DNA from: the human T2T-CHM13v2.0 reference genome, Homo sapiens
DNA: 64,000 nt
Assembly: GCF_009914755.1 (NCBI RefSeq)
Contig: NC_060930.1
Strand: one strand, 5' to 3'
Shown: positions 13,140-28,223 of the stretch, piece after piece
Layout: every line of letters starts with the position of its first letter
Position numbering within the stretch: the first letter of the stretch is position 1
Program-made: the position numbers and the translations under genes
The notes under the pieces: model-generated
Database searches by the model: none
Seen by the model: the letters and a program-made list of their open reading frames with translations, nothing else
What the model was told of the DNA's origin: nothing

Positions 13140-13748
13140 CAGGATTTGTCAGTCTCTTTACTATTGACATTTTGGGTCAGATCATTCTTTCATTCTTTCT
13201 TGGTTGAGGGGTTGATATTGTTTGGTGTGTCCTCATCCAAATCTCAAATTATAGCTCCCATAGTTCCCATGTGTCATGGGAGGGACCCGGTGGGAGGTAA
13301 CTGAAACATAAGCAAAGGTCTTTCCCTTGCTCCTCTCATGACAGTGAATTTCTCATGATATCTAATGGTTTTATAAAGGGGAGTTCCCCTGCACACGCTC
13401 TCTCTCTTCCCCGTTGCCATGAAAGATGTGACTTTGCTCCTTCTTCCCCATGATTGTGAGGCTTCCCCAGTCACAAGGAACTGTGAGTCCATTAAACCTT
13501 TTTCTTTGTAAATTACCCAGTCTCAGGTAGGTCTTTATTAGCAGCTTGAGAACAGACTAATACAAGGGGCTGTCTTGTGCATTTTAGGATGTTTAACAGC
13601 ATCCCTGGACTCCACCAGCTAGCTGCCAGTAGCAACCTCCACTTCCTCCAGTTACGATAACTAACAATGTCTCCGGACATTTCTACCTATCTTCTGTTGT
13701 GTCAGGGGGTGGGGGAGGTAAAATTGCCTCTGGTTGAGAATCACCACT
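13140..13748 (-). mobile_element. MER20 (hAT-Charlie DNA transposon) interrupted by a THE1 LTR
   Basis: ctattgacattttgggtcagat...[THE1]...ggctgtcttgtgcattttaggatgtttaacagcatccctgg...ggttgagaa matches reverse MER20. Confidence 0.85.
13213..13564 (+). mobile_element. THE1 solo LTR (MaLR)
   Basis: TG...CA termini (tgatattgtttgg...gactaataca); AGGGG on both sides; ATTAAA at 13491. Confidence 0.92.
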
Positions 13749-14186
13749 CTATGCTTTCCCAACTCAATGTTCTATAAGCTCCTCAGACACACTGTACTCT
13801 AAACTGCACACTCACTTTATCTTCTGCAACAAGTCTATTCCTTTTCTTTTCTGTCTTGGTGACATCAACACTCACCTAGACACTAAAGCTAGAAGCTTTA
13901 AGTTACCCATGGATTCTACCTTCTCCCTCACCAAATTATCCAGTTAACTATCAAGTCATCTATGAACTGCTTCTGAATCCAGACCTCCCCTCTATCCCCA
14001 TTCCTCTGCATGGCACAGGTCCTGGTTGTCTCTGCTGCAGATTCCTTGCTTCTGCACCACTGACTCACTTTCTTGGTCCTGCTACTCTTTCTTTCAGTCC
14101 ATCTCCCATACTGCTGCTGGAGAAGGCTTTCTAAGGCACAGCTGTGATCATGATGCTTCCTGACTCACCTTTCAGTGGCTCTCTCA

Positions 14187-14402
<216 letters not shown>

Positions 14403-15256
14403 TTATCTTAATAATCATGAATCACTATTACAAGTGTCTCAAACGCAAATTTCTGAAGAGTCACAGGTGACCCAGTGAGCCCTTGTCCAGGCTAAAAACA
14501 CCTGGTGGCTGAATTCTGAACTTCACACATTCGAATTTCTCTTCCATTGCTTCTGAGAGACCCTCCACCATTACGGTTCCTTATCAGAGTCATATCTACC
14601 TATAAGGCTCATTTCAGGTGCCGTCTTTTTATAAAATCTTCCTTCAAACTTTCTCCTCTTCAGCCTTTATATATACAAAAGGCTTTTCTTTCTTTTCCTT
14701 TTCTAAGTTTCCATTGTAGTTGGTTTGCTTTTCTCTTTATTATTCTCATTCCACCATATTAGTTATGATTGGATGTCTTCTTACCTTCCCTACTAGCTCA
14801 TAAACTTCTTGTGGTCAAAAACCAGATCTTGTTCGTCTTGTGTGATCTCCAGTTTACGAAGTCTTCCATGATACCCAACAAATATTTGTTAATTGCACTG
14901 GCCAAGGTCACCCAGGTGGCTTGTGGCCAAATCAGAAGAATCTACATCTTCTGATAGTCATGGCAGCTGTTATTCCCATCCAACTCACTTCCTGTGCATT
15001 GCTACTCATCAATTCCCCACTTATTCTTTTAAAAACATTGCATAAATACATATCTATGTGTTTTGGAAAGATTTTCTTAATCTATAAGCGCATTTGGCGT
15101 GTGCTTATATGTCTGCTTATATGCCAAATTTGAAATTCCAAATTTCGCCATTTGGAATTTCAAATGGGGAAAAGCAAAGACTCTTATCTTTCCCATAATC
15201 AAACCCCTTATGAAGTAAAATCCTTAAGGTCTCTCTACAGGTTAAAAATAATTAGG

Positions 15257-15611
15257 TGATATGATTTGGCTGTGTTCCCACCCAAATTTCACCTTTAATT
15301 GTAATAATCCCCAGGTGTCAAGGGTGGGGCCAGGTGGAGATAATTGAATCATGTGGGTTGTTTTCCCCATACTGTTAGTGTGGTAGTGAATAAGTTTCAT
15401 GAGATCTGATGATTTTATAAATGGGAGTCCCCCTGCACAAGCTCTCTTGCCTGCTGCCATGTAAGATGTGACTTTGCTCCTCCTTGCCTTCCGCCATGAT
15501 TATGAGGCCTCCTCAGCCATGTGGAACTCTGAGTCAATTAAACCTCTTTCTTTTATATATTACCCAGTCTCAAGTATGTCTTTATTAGCAGCATGAGAAC
15601 AAACTAATACA
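15257..15611 (+). mobile_element. THE1 solo LTR
   Basis: tgatatgatttggctgtg...aactaataca; perfect TSD TTAGG (15252-15256 and 15612-15616). Confidence 0.95.
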
Positions 15612-18600
15612 TTAGGTATATGTTAATGATGAGGAATGTGTATAAATACATATACATTTATATTTAAATATTAATATTTACAAATAACATGATATTAAAA
15701 ATATGGTCTATAATTTTTTAAATTATCTACCTTTCTAATCATTAACATGCACTAAATATTATTAAATTTCAATATTATTTAATTACCATCTTGGTGTTTG
15801 AGGATAACTGCTTTTGATGGCATTGATAGATGCATTAACAGTGAAACATTGTGACCAACAGCCCATCTGAGATTTTATACTTGTAGAAGATGGCTTCTGA
15901 GTGACAGCTGAGAAGACTGTTTATGTCTTTGCCCTACAGGTTCCTAACCCCTTTAATAAAATAGAGCTCTCTGATGCAGATGACACATGGGCCTTCTTTT
16001 TGCTCTTGTCCCATCACATTGTACATAGTAAACATTTTTAGCAACAAATAGTAGATACTTATAACTTTAAAAGCTAAGTGGTTGACAGCTGAGAGGCAGA
16101 TGATGGTAATTTCATCATTTTTCTCATATCTCAGGCATTGTGACACTACCTCTGCAAGGTCAACTGTCTCCATAGGCTGTTTTCATTTGCGTAGAAATAG
16201 GGGGGAAAGATAGCTTGAAGTCATCAGGAGCCCTGCAACCCATGGATTACCAATGTTGCTAACTGGAGCCTGGATTTCATCTTCAATTGATTGTAATGAT
16301 GTCTTGTTCTCTCAAATCTTTGCAAATCTAGGCATTTATAAGACTATCCTGTAGGTCCCTTACAAGACCATGAGGATGCTAGAACTTACCCTAGTCTTTT
16401 CTTGTAATTGCTTAAATGTTAGTATTGGCAAATGGGGTTTGGTGATTATAAGAGTAAAAAAACCTGCTGCCATCCCACATTTGTGAGCAGAGGATACATT
16501 TCCTATCTTGTGTCCATTTAAAAAGAATGATTGCTTGATTGGCTTCCTGATGACAACCCATGATATACTGATTCTGTTAGTTTATAACTTTCCTAGTAGT
16601 CATATGCTTATAGGCCAATTTTATCCTTGCCATGCTTAGCCTAGTCACAATTTCCAGTTCTTCTCTGTATCCTGCAGCAGTGAGTTCCAAACACTTAATG
16701 CTGTCATCTCTTCCTGTGAAAACCAAGAAATAAAGGTTATTATAAGGTATAAATAAAGAACCCAGTGATTTCTCTTGGGGTGTGTGTGTCCATGTGTGTG
16801 TATATTTTACAAGAGGAAAGTTAAAGATACTAAGAATGCCTGTGAAAGTAATCAGGAAATGGAGAAAACTTGTTTTCCATTCTAGCACCTAATCCTTTGG
16901 TGTGTTTTGGCACTAGAAAACACAAAATATGTCCTCTGTGTCTACTAGGAATGCCTCTCTTCATTTAGTCCTGCTTGAGTGCTCATGATGGAAAAATATA
17001 GACTGAAAACAGGAGCAAAAGTGTTCATCCTACTCATTCCTTGTGGGGTCTCTTTGCTTTCAAAGAGATGTTAGAGATGTTAGTAAATGGTGTTAGAAGA
17101 AACAATGTAAATTGCCTGTTTAGTAAGATGATCCAGTTTCTAAGGAACTGTTTTACTGGCGCCTTCCATGCTAACAAATTCTGAGAAATATTTGCGGATT
17201 TCTCAGTGAAGCCAAAGCACTCTCTTTTGACTCCTATTTACTCTCAGAGAAAAAAACTATTCATCCATTTGAAAAGCAGGGACCAATTCAACAAGCAGAA
17301 TATTCCCTCTACTAAGCCTTTGGCCAGAGAGTTGTTGCTCTAGTTCTTTCCATCACTCCTGCATCAGGAGGCTCTGCCTGCAGGAAATAGTATTGGACAA
17401 CAGAAAGTTCTTTTACTTGTAGGCATAAAATAGGTATAAATTCTCCTCCTTAAGAGAAAAACAGGTTGCTGCACCAGAAAGAACATTTGCCTCTTCTACT
17501 AAATAGCAGACTGTTTTCCAATGATAAACTCATTTTAAATAGAAAAAAAAAAGTCATTCTCTACAAACAAGAACATTTTCATTTTAGGTTGTTTATTGTA
17601 AATATTTCAGAAAAAAAATATGCAAAAAAAAAAATGCCCAAAAATCAATGCTTCCAGTAACATATTTATTAGCTATCTTTTTCCCCATGTAAAACTTCAG
17701 GTAAATTCTTTGCAGATTTTTTACTTGGAAGAATGATAAAAAAAAAAAAAAAAGTTCTGAAATGAGTTGAATTCATCCACGTGTGTTTTTGATTCACATG
17801 AAGAGTAGGACCTCCCTTTATATTCCCTCTTCAAATTCTCCCCTCTGAAAAATGGGTGGTACACTCAAAGGAGGACCGCACACATTGTAGTAGCTGGGGT
17901 GTTGGGGGTGGAAGGAGCAGGTTTTGGGGGTGGGAGGAGCGGTGAGTGATCCTTTCAGCAAAGTCAGTCCTGGGCAGGAGACGGCTTCAGGAATACTGTC
18001 AGCTTTACTGGATTCCACCATCGCTTTCCAGGACTGTTTAGGCCCTGGGCCCTTGAAGGGTTTGCGTGCCTCTTGTCTCCATTCATACCTCAAGAACTTT
18101 GTTCATGTTAATTTTTTTTCACTCTATCATATGGAATTGAGTAAAAAAAGAAAAAAAAAAGGAAGCCAACACTTACTTAACTGCTTTAATGTATAGGACT
18201 CTGTTCTGGGTTGTCTTCTAAAGTACATTTCATTCAATGTGTGAGAATACAGATAGGAAAGAGTTTTGCTAGTTTCTATTTTGACTGTGGATCCATTGAT
18301 TCTTTCTGGTTCTCAGCCCTTAATTGCTCAGCTGCAGATACCACTTGACTGACTCTTAAAAGTCTTTGGTTTATTGCCCAATTCTGGGAATATGAAACTG
18401 TAAGCTGTTTAGGAGAAAAACTGAGACCAAAAGAAAGGAGAAGTGAGCCAAACTGCCATTATGATTGCCACTTCTTATTGAAGATAAATCAAAATATCCA
18501 TTTGACTAGAAATCAATTGAATTATGCACTTTAAATGGGCCAATTCAATGATACCTGAACTATATCTCAAAAAAGGTGTTAAACACAGGCACACACGTAC

Positions 18601-19748
18601 ACACACATATTGGAATTCCAGGAAAAGTCACTTTGATCAACAAGATTATCAGTCGTCAAAGTGCTTGGAAGGGTTCTATTGGAATAAAGCTAAAAAAAAT
18701 CAAAGTAAAATTTCTCCTTAAAAACAAAAGCAATTAAGCAGCACTGTATTATAAAATATGCTAAGCTGCAAGTCAAAATTCTTAAGAGACTTAAGCCTGT
18801 AAGCAGTAAGGATCCACTCAATGTAAAGTTACTCCAGAGGGAAAGGCGTGAGCCCAACCAAAGTATTAATGCTGTGTAGGAGGTTAATTTGACTCTTCTT
18901 AACATTTTTACACACCACATTATGTTTTATTCACCATTTATTATTAACTGAATTTATTAAAGTATAATCAAAATAATATTTTTGAGAGTTTAAAAATATT
19001 CTCATAATATTTAAGTTACATATACTATGCAGGGACCGTCAAGTAATTCCACTCTGACATCTGTATTTATTACCGCCACCTGTCCATGATGGTATTAGAA
19101 AGATCCTCATTTGTTTTAATGGATGCCTCTAAAATCCAGTTTTAAGAGGGGGTTGGCCACTTTCAAGTTTGTGTTAGTTAGGATTCAGTTTAACCCAGCT
19201 CAACAGGTATTTACTAAGTACCAGCATATCCATAGGGCGCTGTATGATACTGGAGGACACACAGAAAAGAGATGTGTAAGAGGCACTCCTGCCCTCAAGG
19301 AGTTTACTATTGAGTGGTAGTGTAATATGAATAAACAAATGAATCTGCTCAAAAGCAGGGCATTCTAAGCAGGCCCTCACCAGCCTCTCATCATTCGCAT
19401 CTAGTGTATCTTCCTCCATCACTTTCTAAACGCTATGGATTCTGAGTGAAAACCAATCGCTGGTTTATGCATGTATGCATATATGAATTCATTCTTGACA
19501 TTGCCATGCAGAGTATTTAGTATAACTAGACTTATTATCCATTTATCCTGCCTAGAAGCATACTGTAATATATATAACTCTAAAAGCAAGATCATTCCTT
19601 ATGTTGGTTCTTTTGAGCTGGCAGGGGGAAAGCAGAGTATGTTGGCAGGGGTCTATCAAGGTAGATGAGCCCAGTTTGTACATCTTTGAAATATTACCAA
19701 TGCCAATGTGTTAGTACTGCTTGGATCTCTTCTATGACAACAGTTCTT

Positions 19749-20062
19749 ATTTTTTCCTTTTTTTTGTTTGTTTGTTTTTTGAGACAGGATCTTGCTCTGT
19801 CACCTAGACAGGAGCGCAGTGGTGTGATCTCGGCTCACTTCAATTTCCGCCTCCTGGGTTCAAGCAATTCTTGTGCCTCAGCCTACAGAGTAGTTGGGAT
19901 TACACGCATGCGCCATCATGCCTGGCTAATTTTTGCATTTTTAGTAGAGATGGGGTTTTGCCACGTTGGCCAGGCTGGTCTGGAACTCCTGGCCTCAAGT
20001 GATCTACCCGCCTTGGCCTCCCAAATTGCTGGGATTACAGGTGTGAGCCACCACACCTGGCC
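19749..20062 (-). mobile_element. Alu (AluS/J type)
   Basis: Full dimer on minus strand; cagttctt repeated on both flanks. Confidence 0.95.
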
Positions 20063-20337
20063 CATCAGTTCTTAATTTGATGAATGGATAGAGGTTTGGC
20101 TTCAAATAAATGGAGTTAGTCTGTCAATATCTGTTTCTTTTAAAATTTGCAATTGTTTTTATTTTTAGTGTCATGCTATGTGCCCTTAATGATCTAGAAT
20201 TAAGTTCTAATCTCTACCCTGGTATAATTGATTTCTCCCTGTGGACTCCTAATATAAGAAGAAAGATGAAGTTTTTCTTTTAATGCTTTTAGAGATCTTC
20301 ATTAAGTCATTTAATATTCTTATTTGCTATTTCCCAG

Positions 20338-20768
20338 TGTGATGGTTAAGACTGAGTGTCAACTTGATTGGATTGAAGGATACAAAGTATTAATCCTGGG
20401 TGTGTCTGTGAGGGTGTTACCAAAGGAGATTAATATTTGAGTCAGTGGGCTGTGGAAGGCACACCCACCCTTAATCTGGTGGGCACGATCTAGTCAGCTG
20501 CCAGCGAATATAAGGCAGGCAGAAAAACGTGAAAGGGGAAACTGGCCTAGCCTCCCAGCCTACATCTTTCTACCATGCTGAATGCTTCCTGCCCTTGAGC
20601 ATTGGACTCCAAAATATTCAGTTTTGGGACTCGGACTGGCTCTCCTTGCTGCTCAGCTTGCAGACAGTCTATTGTGGGACCTTCCGATCATGTAAGTTAA
20701 TGCTTAATAAACTCCCCTTTATATATATCCTATTAGTTCTGTCCCTCTAGAGAACCCTGACTAATACA
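20338..20768 (+). mobile_element. MLT2A1 solo LTR (HERV-L)
   Basis: tgtgatggttaagactgagtgtcaacttgattggattgaagg...ccctgactaataca; 431 bp; perfect TSD CCCAG; lacks the internal segment present in the ~545-bp LTRs at 37203 and 43697. Confidence 0.92.
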
Positions 20769-20982
20769 CCCAGTGTGTTCTTTTATCAAATAGAAAGGAG
20801 ATATAGAAAACACACTGTCCATGTCTTTGATTGTTACACCACAGCAGAGAATCAATTTCTTAACCTGCTTACTTATTTACCATTCTCCAATGGTGCCAAT
20901 TCTGAGATCCATCATGACTTTATCATTAGAAAAGGGGATGTAACAAACATGATGAGATGTTACGGGAATACTGCTTACTGCA

Positions 20983-21354
20983 TGATATGGTTTGGCTGTG
21001 TCCTCACCCAAATCTCATCCTGAATTTTAGCCTCCCATACTTCCCACGTGTTGTGGGAGGGACCCGGTGGGAGGTAATTGACTCATGGGGGTGGTTTCTC
21101 CCATACTCTTCTCCTGGTAGTGAATAAGTCTCACAAGATCTGATGGTTTTATAAGGGGTTTTCCCTTTCACTTGGCTCTCATTCTCTCTTGCCTGCTGCC
21201 ATGCAAGACATCCCTTTGCTCCTCCTTCATCTTCTGCCATGATTGTGAGGCCTCCCCAGCCATGTGGAACTGTAAGTCCTTTAAACCTCTTTTCTTTATA
21301 AATTGCCCAGTCTCATGTATGTCTTTATCAGCAGCATGAAAACGGACTAATACA
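20983..21354 (+). mobile_element. THE1 (THE1B-like) solo LTR
   Basis: tgatatggtttggctgtgtcc...cggactaataca; perfect TSD CTGCA. Confidence 0.95.
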
Positions 21355-22001
21355 CTGCATGCTCAGTATACTCAGGCACTCTGGAAACTAGGTTTCTACT
21401 TCGGACCCCTGAGAGAAAAGGGTTATGTATCTCCAAGTGTGGTCATGACAAGCATCACTACTGTGTGCAGTTGGGCCTGTGGATTGAGCCACCTTAGCCT
21501 CTGAGGAAAGCAGAACCTGAGAGCATGCTTAATTCAGAGTGTGTGTGACTTGGAGTGTGGAAAGGAAGATTTCCAGATTTGCGGTATTGGCGACTGAAAG
21601 GATGGCAATGCTATTGATGGAGATTAGGAAGACAGGAGAGAGGTAGATGTTGAGCAACTCCGAGGAGTTTTTCCTCATACATGTTGGGTTTAAAGTGCAG
21701 GGAAGATATCCTGAAGGTTATTCCAGGCAGAAATTTGGAGCTCAGAAGAGACATCAGAGCTGAAGATAAAAAATTTGAGAGCCATCTCCGTAGCTAAAAG
21801 TGTGGAACGAATGTGATGACTAGACAAGATAATAGAGAAAAGGTATCCAAAGGCCTGAGGTCAAGACCTCTTAAAAGGCTGACTTTTCAGGGTTTTAGGT
21901 AGAAAAAGAGTCCCAGCCTGGGGTTAAGGCAGTTTTTTGAGAAGTAGAGGTACAAAGTTCCTTGTTCCAAAGGAAGGGTGTCTTTCAAAAGAAAAAGGAT
22001 G

Positions 22002-22397
<396 letters not shown>

Positions 22398-23944
22398 TCA
22401 TTGTTTCTAAAGGGAGCATTTTTAGTAAAGAGGAAGGAGGAATAAAATGCAGTATAATATGTTAAATCTAAGTATAATTTATAAAAGAGAAAATGGGGGT
22501 GGAATATTACAAAAAAGGAACTATAAACCAGCTCTTTGAGGTATTTGTCAGTGAGGAAAACAGTGGGGCTCTAGTTCTTGATAGCAACAGCATCAAAGGG
22601 AACTTTTTAAACTAAAATATTATGAATTTTTCAAACTGAAATAATGAGAGAATAATACAAAGAAATCTCATCTGCCCATAATCCAAATTCAGTAGTTATT
22701 AAAATTTTGCCCCATTGCTTAATCCATTAATCTCATTTCATTTTGTCCTTTTTCTTTGTTTATTTTTGGCTAAAACATTTTAAAGACAAATCCTAAATAT
22801 CATACATCAGTAGGCATTTACAAAAAAATTTCTTGATAATCACAATGCCATTCTCATACCAAATAAACTTATAATAATTCTGTGATATCATCTAAAAAAC
22901 AGTTCTTTTCTACATCAAAAATGTCTGTTTATAGTTGATTTATTCAATTTAGAGTCCAAACAAGTTCCATATATTAGACATTAGGTCATTAATGTCTGTC
23001 TATTTGAATTTATAACAATTTCCACTTAATTTATTTTCTCCAGCTTCTGTGGAGACTAGGTAAGTTGTTTTGTAGCTGTCTGGATATATCTGATTGCTTC
23101 CTTGCAGTGTCATTTAACTTGTTCCTCTATCCTCAGTGTTTCTGCACATGGAAGTTAGCCTCATAGCAGGGGTTGGCATACTTTAGCCTGCTTACCAAAT
23201 ACGACTCCCTTACATTTTTGTAAATAAAATGTTACTGGAACACTGTCACATATGTTGGGGTCATAGAAAGAGTTTCCGTGTCCCCAAGTTATAATTGCAT
23301 TCACTTATATTTTCTTCTAGTAATTTTTACCCTTACATGTTAGGGGTCAATTTGGAATTTCTCTTCATATACAGTATGCAATAAAGAATGGCTTTTATAT
23401 TTTTCCAAATGTATATTCAGTTGTCTCAACACCATTTATTAAAAAGTCAGTATTTCTCAAGTGATTTGAGATCTACCCTTAATTACACAGTAAATTTCTC
23501 TGTAGTCTTGTCTTTTTCTAATATGTTAATTCTGTACCAAGATTTGTTCATCTGTTAATGGATCAATATCACATAGCTTTGTTTATAGAAGGTGCACATT
23601 GTTTTAATTCTGGCCATGCTATCCCACCAAATATTGCCCTTTGATTTTTCAGAGTTTTACTGTGGATTCTTCCTTGTTTCTTTTTCTATGTGACCTTTAG
23701 AATTAACTTGTTTAATTCTATAAGTAAATTTATTGATAATTTTATTGAAATTATGTAAAATATAAATTGGCTTAGGAAGTACTGATATCTCCATGACATT
23801 AAGTCTTCATATCTAAGACCAAGGGGTGCCTTTTCATTTGTTAAATATTCTTTGTGTCTTTCAGAAGTGTTTTCAAGTATCCTTATGTGTATTTTGCACA
23901 AATTTTTATATTTGTGCCTATTGGATGCCACGTGCAGGGTTAAA

Positions 23945-24192
23945 AAATATTATACCTATTTTATATAGATATATATGTATATAAAAATATATATTATATA
24001 TAGTTATAATACATAAATATATTTTAATATATTATATAATATATACATGTATTGTATTTATATATGTATTTATATGTGTATCTATAAATATACATATGTA
24101 TGTATCTATAAATATACATATATGTGTACATATACACATATATACACATTATATGTATGTTTATACACATATAAATACATATATAAATATAC
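23945..24192. repeat. (TA)n/(TACA)n AT-rich low-complexity tract
   Basis: Degenerate TA repeat. Confidence 0.9.
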
Positions 24193-26238
24193 TAGAAAGT
24201 CCATGGGGTTTCCTAGTATACAATCATATTGTCTGCAAATAGAGATTGTTATACCTTTTCCTTTCTATTCCAAAGTGTCTAAAAGATTTTTTCTTAGCTA
24301 GTGGCATTGGATGACACCTATAATGTCTTCTAAAAATAGTAGCAGTCATAGGCACCATTTCCTTATTCTTGAATATTCATTCATGTTACAAAGTTTATAG
24401 GAATTTCTGAATTATTAAGTACTTTTAATAGGAATGAAGGTTATTGTCATTATTGCATCAAAATTCATAAGAAAGTTTGGTGTCAAATTTGTGCTTTGTG
24501 TGTAGTCTTCATCACGCTTTTTTTTTTTTTTTTAACCAGTGTTAAACATCCATTACAAAAATAGTTTGGAAGTTTTTCTTTTTTTTTTTCCTATGTCCTG
24601 GAAGGTGTAAGTAGAATTGGAATTATTTGATCTTTAAGATGTAAAATATTGGTAGAATTCTACCTTTGAAAGCACCTGGACATGGTGACTTCTTAATAGG
24701 TGAGCTCTCTGGAAACTTTATTTCTTCTGTAGTAATTGGTCTCCTTAGACTTTCTATTCCTTCTGGAGTCAGATATTGTATATCAAATCTTCTGTTAAAG
24801 TTATCCATTTCTTCTTGGTATTCCAATTTTTCACATTGAGTTGGACAAATGATTTCTGATGATGTTTAAAAAATTTCTCTGGTTTGATGGTTACTTTGAC
24901 CGTATAATTTATTTTGTGTATTTATGCTTCTTTTAGAAACTTAGGTCAGCTAGTGGTTCCTCTATTTTGTTGATTTTTTTCCTCAAAGAACTAGCTTAAG
25001 TTTATTTTATTAGTTCTACTAGTTTTCTGCTTTCTAACTCATTAAGTTATGCCTTTAGCTTTATTAAATCCTTCATTCTGCTATCAGTTAATGTTTTAGT
25101 TCATTTTCTAGCTTTTTGAGTTGATACTTAATTTATTTTCATTTCATGATATAGGTAACTGATGCTCAGAATTTTCTCAAAGCATCAGTTTTCGCTGGGC
25201 CCCATAGATTCTAATATATCTTACTTTCATTATTATTATTTCCTAAAAATTCAGCAATTTCATGTTTTATTTTGTCTCTCATTCAAGAGTTGTTTAATAG
25301 ACAGTTTAATTTCCAGGTTGGATGGGCATTTTGTTTTGTTTTTTGTTTTACTGTTTATAAATACTTTTGGCCTTGGGATCAGAGAATACTGCTTGTATTA
25401 CAATTATTACTGAATATTTTTGTGGTCTAATATAATTTCAGCTTTCAAAAATGTTCCATGTATACTTGAAATGAAGGTTTATTTACCCTTATAAAGATAG
25501 AAGGTAAAATATTAGCTATGCCCATGTCTATTTATCTTCTTATAATTTTTGCTTAATGAAAACTAATGATCCATTATCTGCTGCATAAGTATTTATGTTT
25601 GCTTTCTCTTTATTATGCCTTATGGCTTTTGTGTTAAAAAGCTATTGATTTATTTAATATTTTGGAAGGATTGAATTTTACCCTATCTAATATCAAGATC
25701 ATGACTCTTGATTCCTTTTTGTTTTCACTTGTTTAATATATCTTTCTTCTATCTTTATTTTAAACACAAGAAGAGCTTTGCTTTCAGTTTCTATTTTACA
25801 TAGTCTACAATCGGATTTTACTTATTAGTCAATCTGAGAATACTTTTAATAGATGAGTTACACAAATACATATTTATTGATACCAACACAGTTTAATTCA
25901 AGATCTGTTCTATTATTTTATATTTATTATATATTAAATTGTCTTCTTTATTTACTATTTATTGATTTATTGAATTTATTTTGCTTTCAGGTATTTTGTA
26001 TTTTTGTTCTGGTTGTTAGATTTATGCATACTTAGTCAACTCTTCCTTTATAAAGCATTCATTTTCTACTATGAGCAGTAGTAAAATTAGCTAGTAACTT
26101 AATTCCTGAGCACTCTCCAGTCCTAGTCACTAGTAATAACGCAGTGTTAAACTTTGTAATATTAATTATACTTAAGCCTCTATTACTTGGTTTGTCAAAA
26201 TCAAATGATATCAATTTACTTCCAGCACATACCTATGA

Positions 26239-26576
<338 letters not shown>

Positions 26577-27172
26577 TCTCATCTTATTTTTATTACTTAT
26601 ATTTTTCTACATTATTAGAAGTTATAATACTTATATGCACATTTCTTTAGCCCCAACCCCATTTTTTGATATTAGCTCTATTATTAAGATATTTAATGTC
26701 CACCTTCAGATTATATGCTGATGATTCTCTAATCGTTTTTGGTTGTCTGGAGCTTTTTTACTGTTTATTTTCAGGAAGAGCTCATGATAACTCTTTTTTC
26801 TTTGGTTTAAAAATGTTTATAATTATTTTTCTCTGGACTTTATGCTGAGAAATTTGGCTGCATACAAAATCTCTGGCTTACATTTTTTCTCAAGTATTTT
26901 TAAGTGATTGCTTCATTATTTTGTAGTATAAAATGTTGCTCACAAGAAGCTGGATGCCAGTCTGATTTTCTTTCCCTCATTAGTGATTTGGACTTTTTGT
27001 CTGAATGTTGAATTTTTAAATATAAACATAAATTGCAATACTTTTATTAAGATATGTCTCTGCATTGAACATTTTAGGTCCGTTTTCCTAGGTACATAGA
27101 ATGTCTTTTGAATATGTAGACTCAAATCAGACTTCTTGATTCTCTTGATTTATAGTTTTAAATATTTGTTTG

Positions 27173-28223
<1,051 letters not shown>

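Noticed and set aside
14459-14472. ERE-like AGTCA-cagg-TGACC
   Set aside because: Spacer is 4 nt rather than 3; I found no perfect GGTCAnnnTGACC by eye, though the scan was not exhaustive
25516-25584. Second 69-nt stop-free segment between an AG and ATAAGT (A>G would give GTAAGT)
   Set aside because: The acceptor has no pyrimidine tract (aaggtaaaatattag); 16678-16746 is a much better exon candidate and such coincidences are expected in 49 kb
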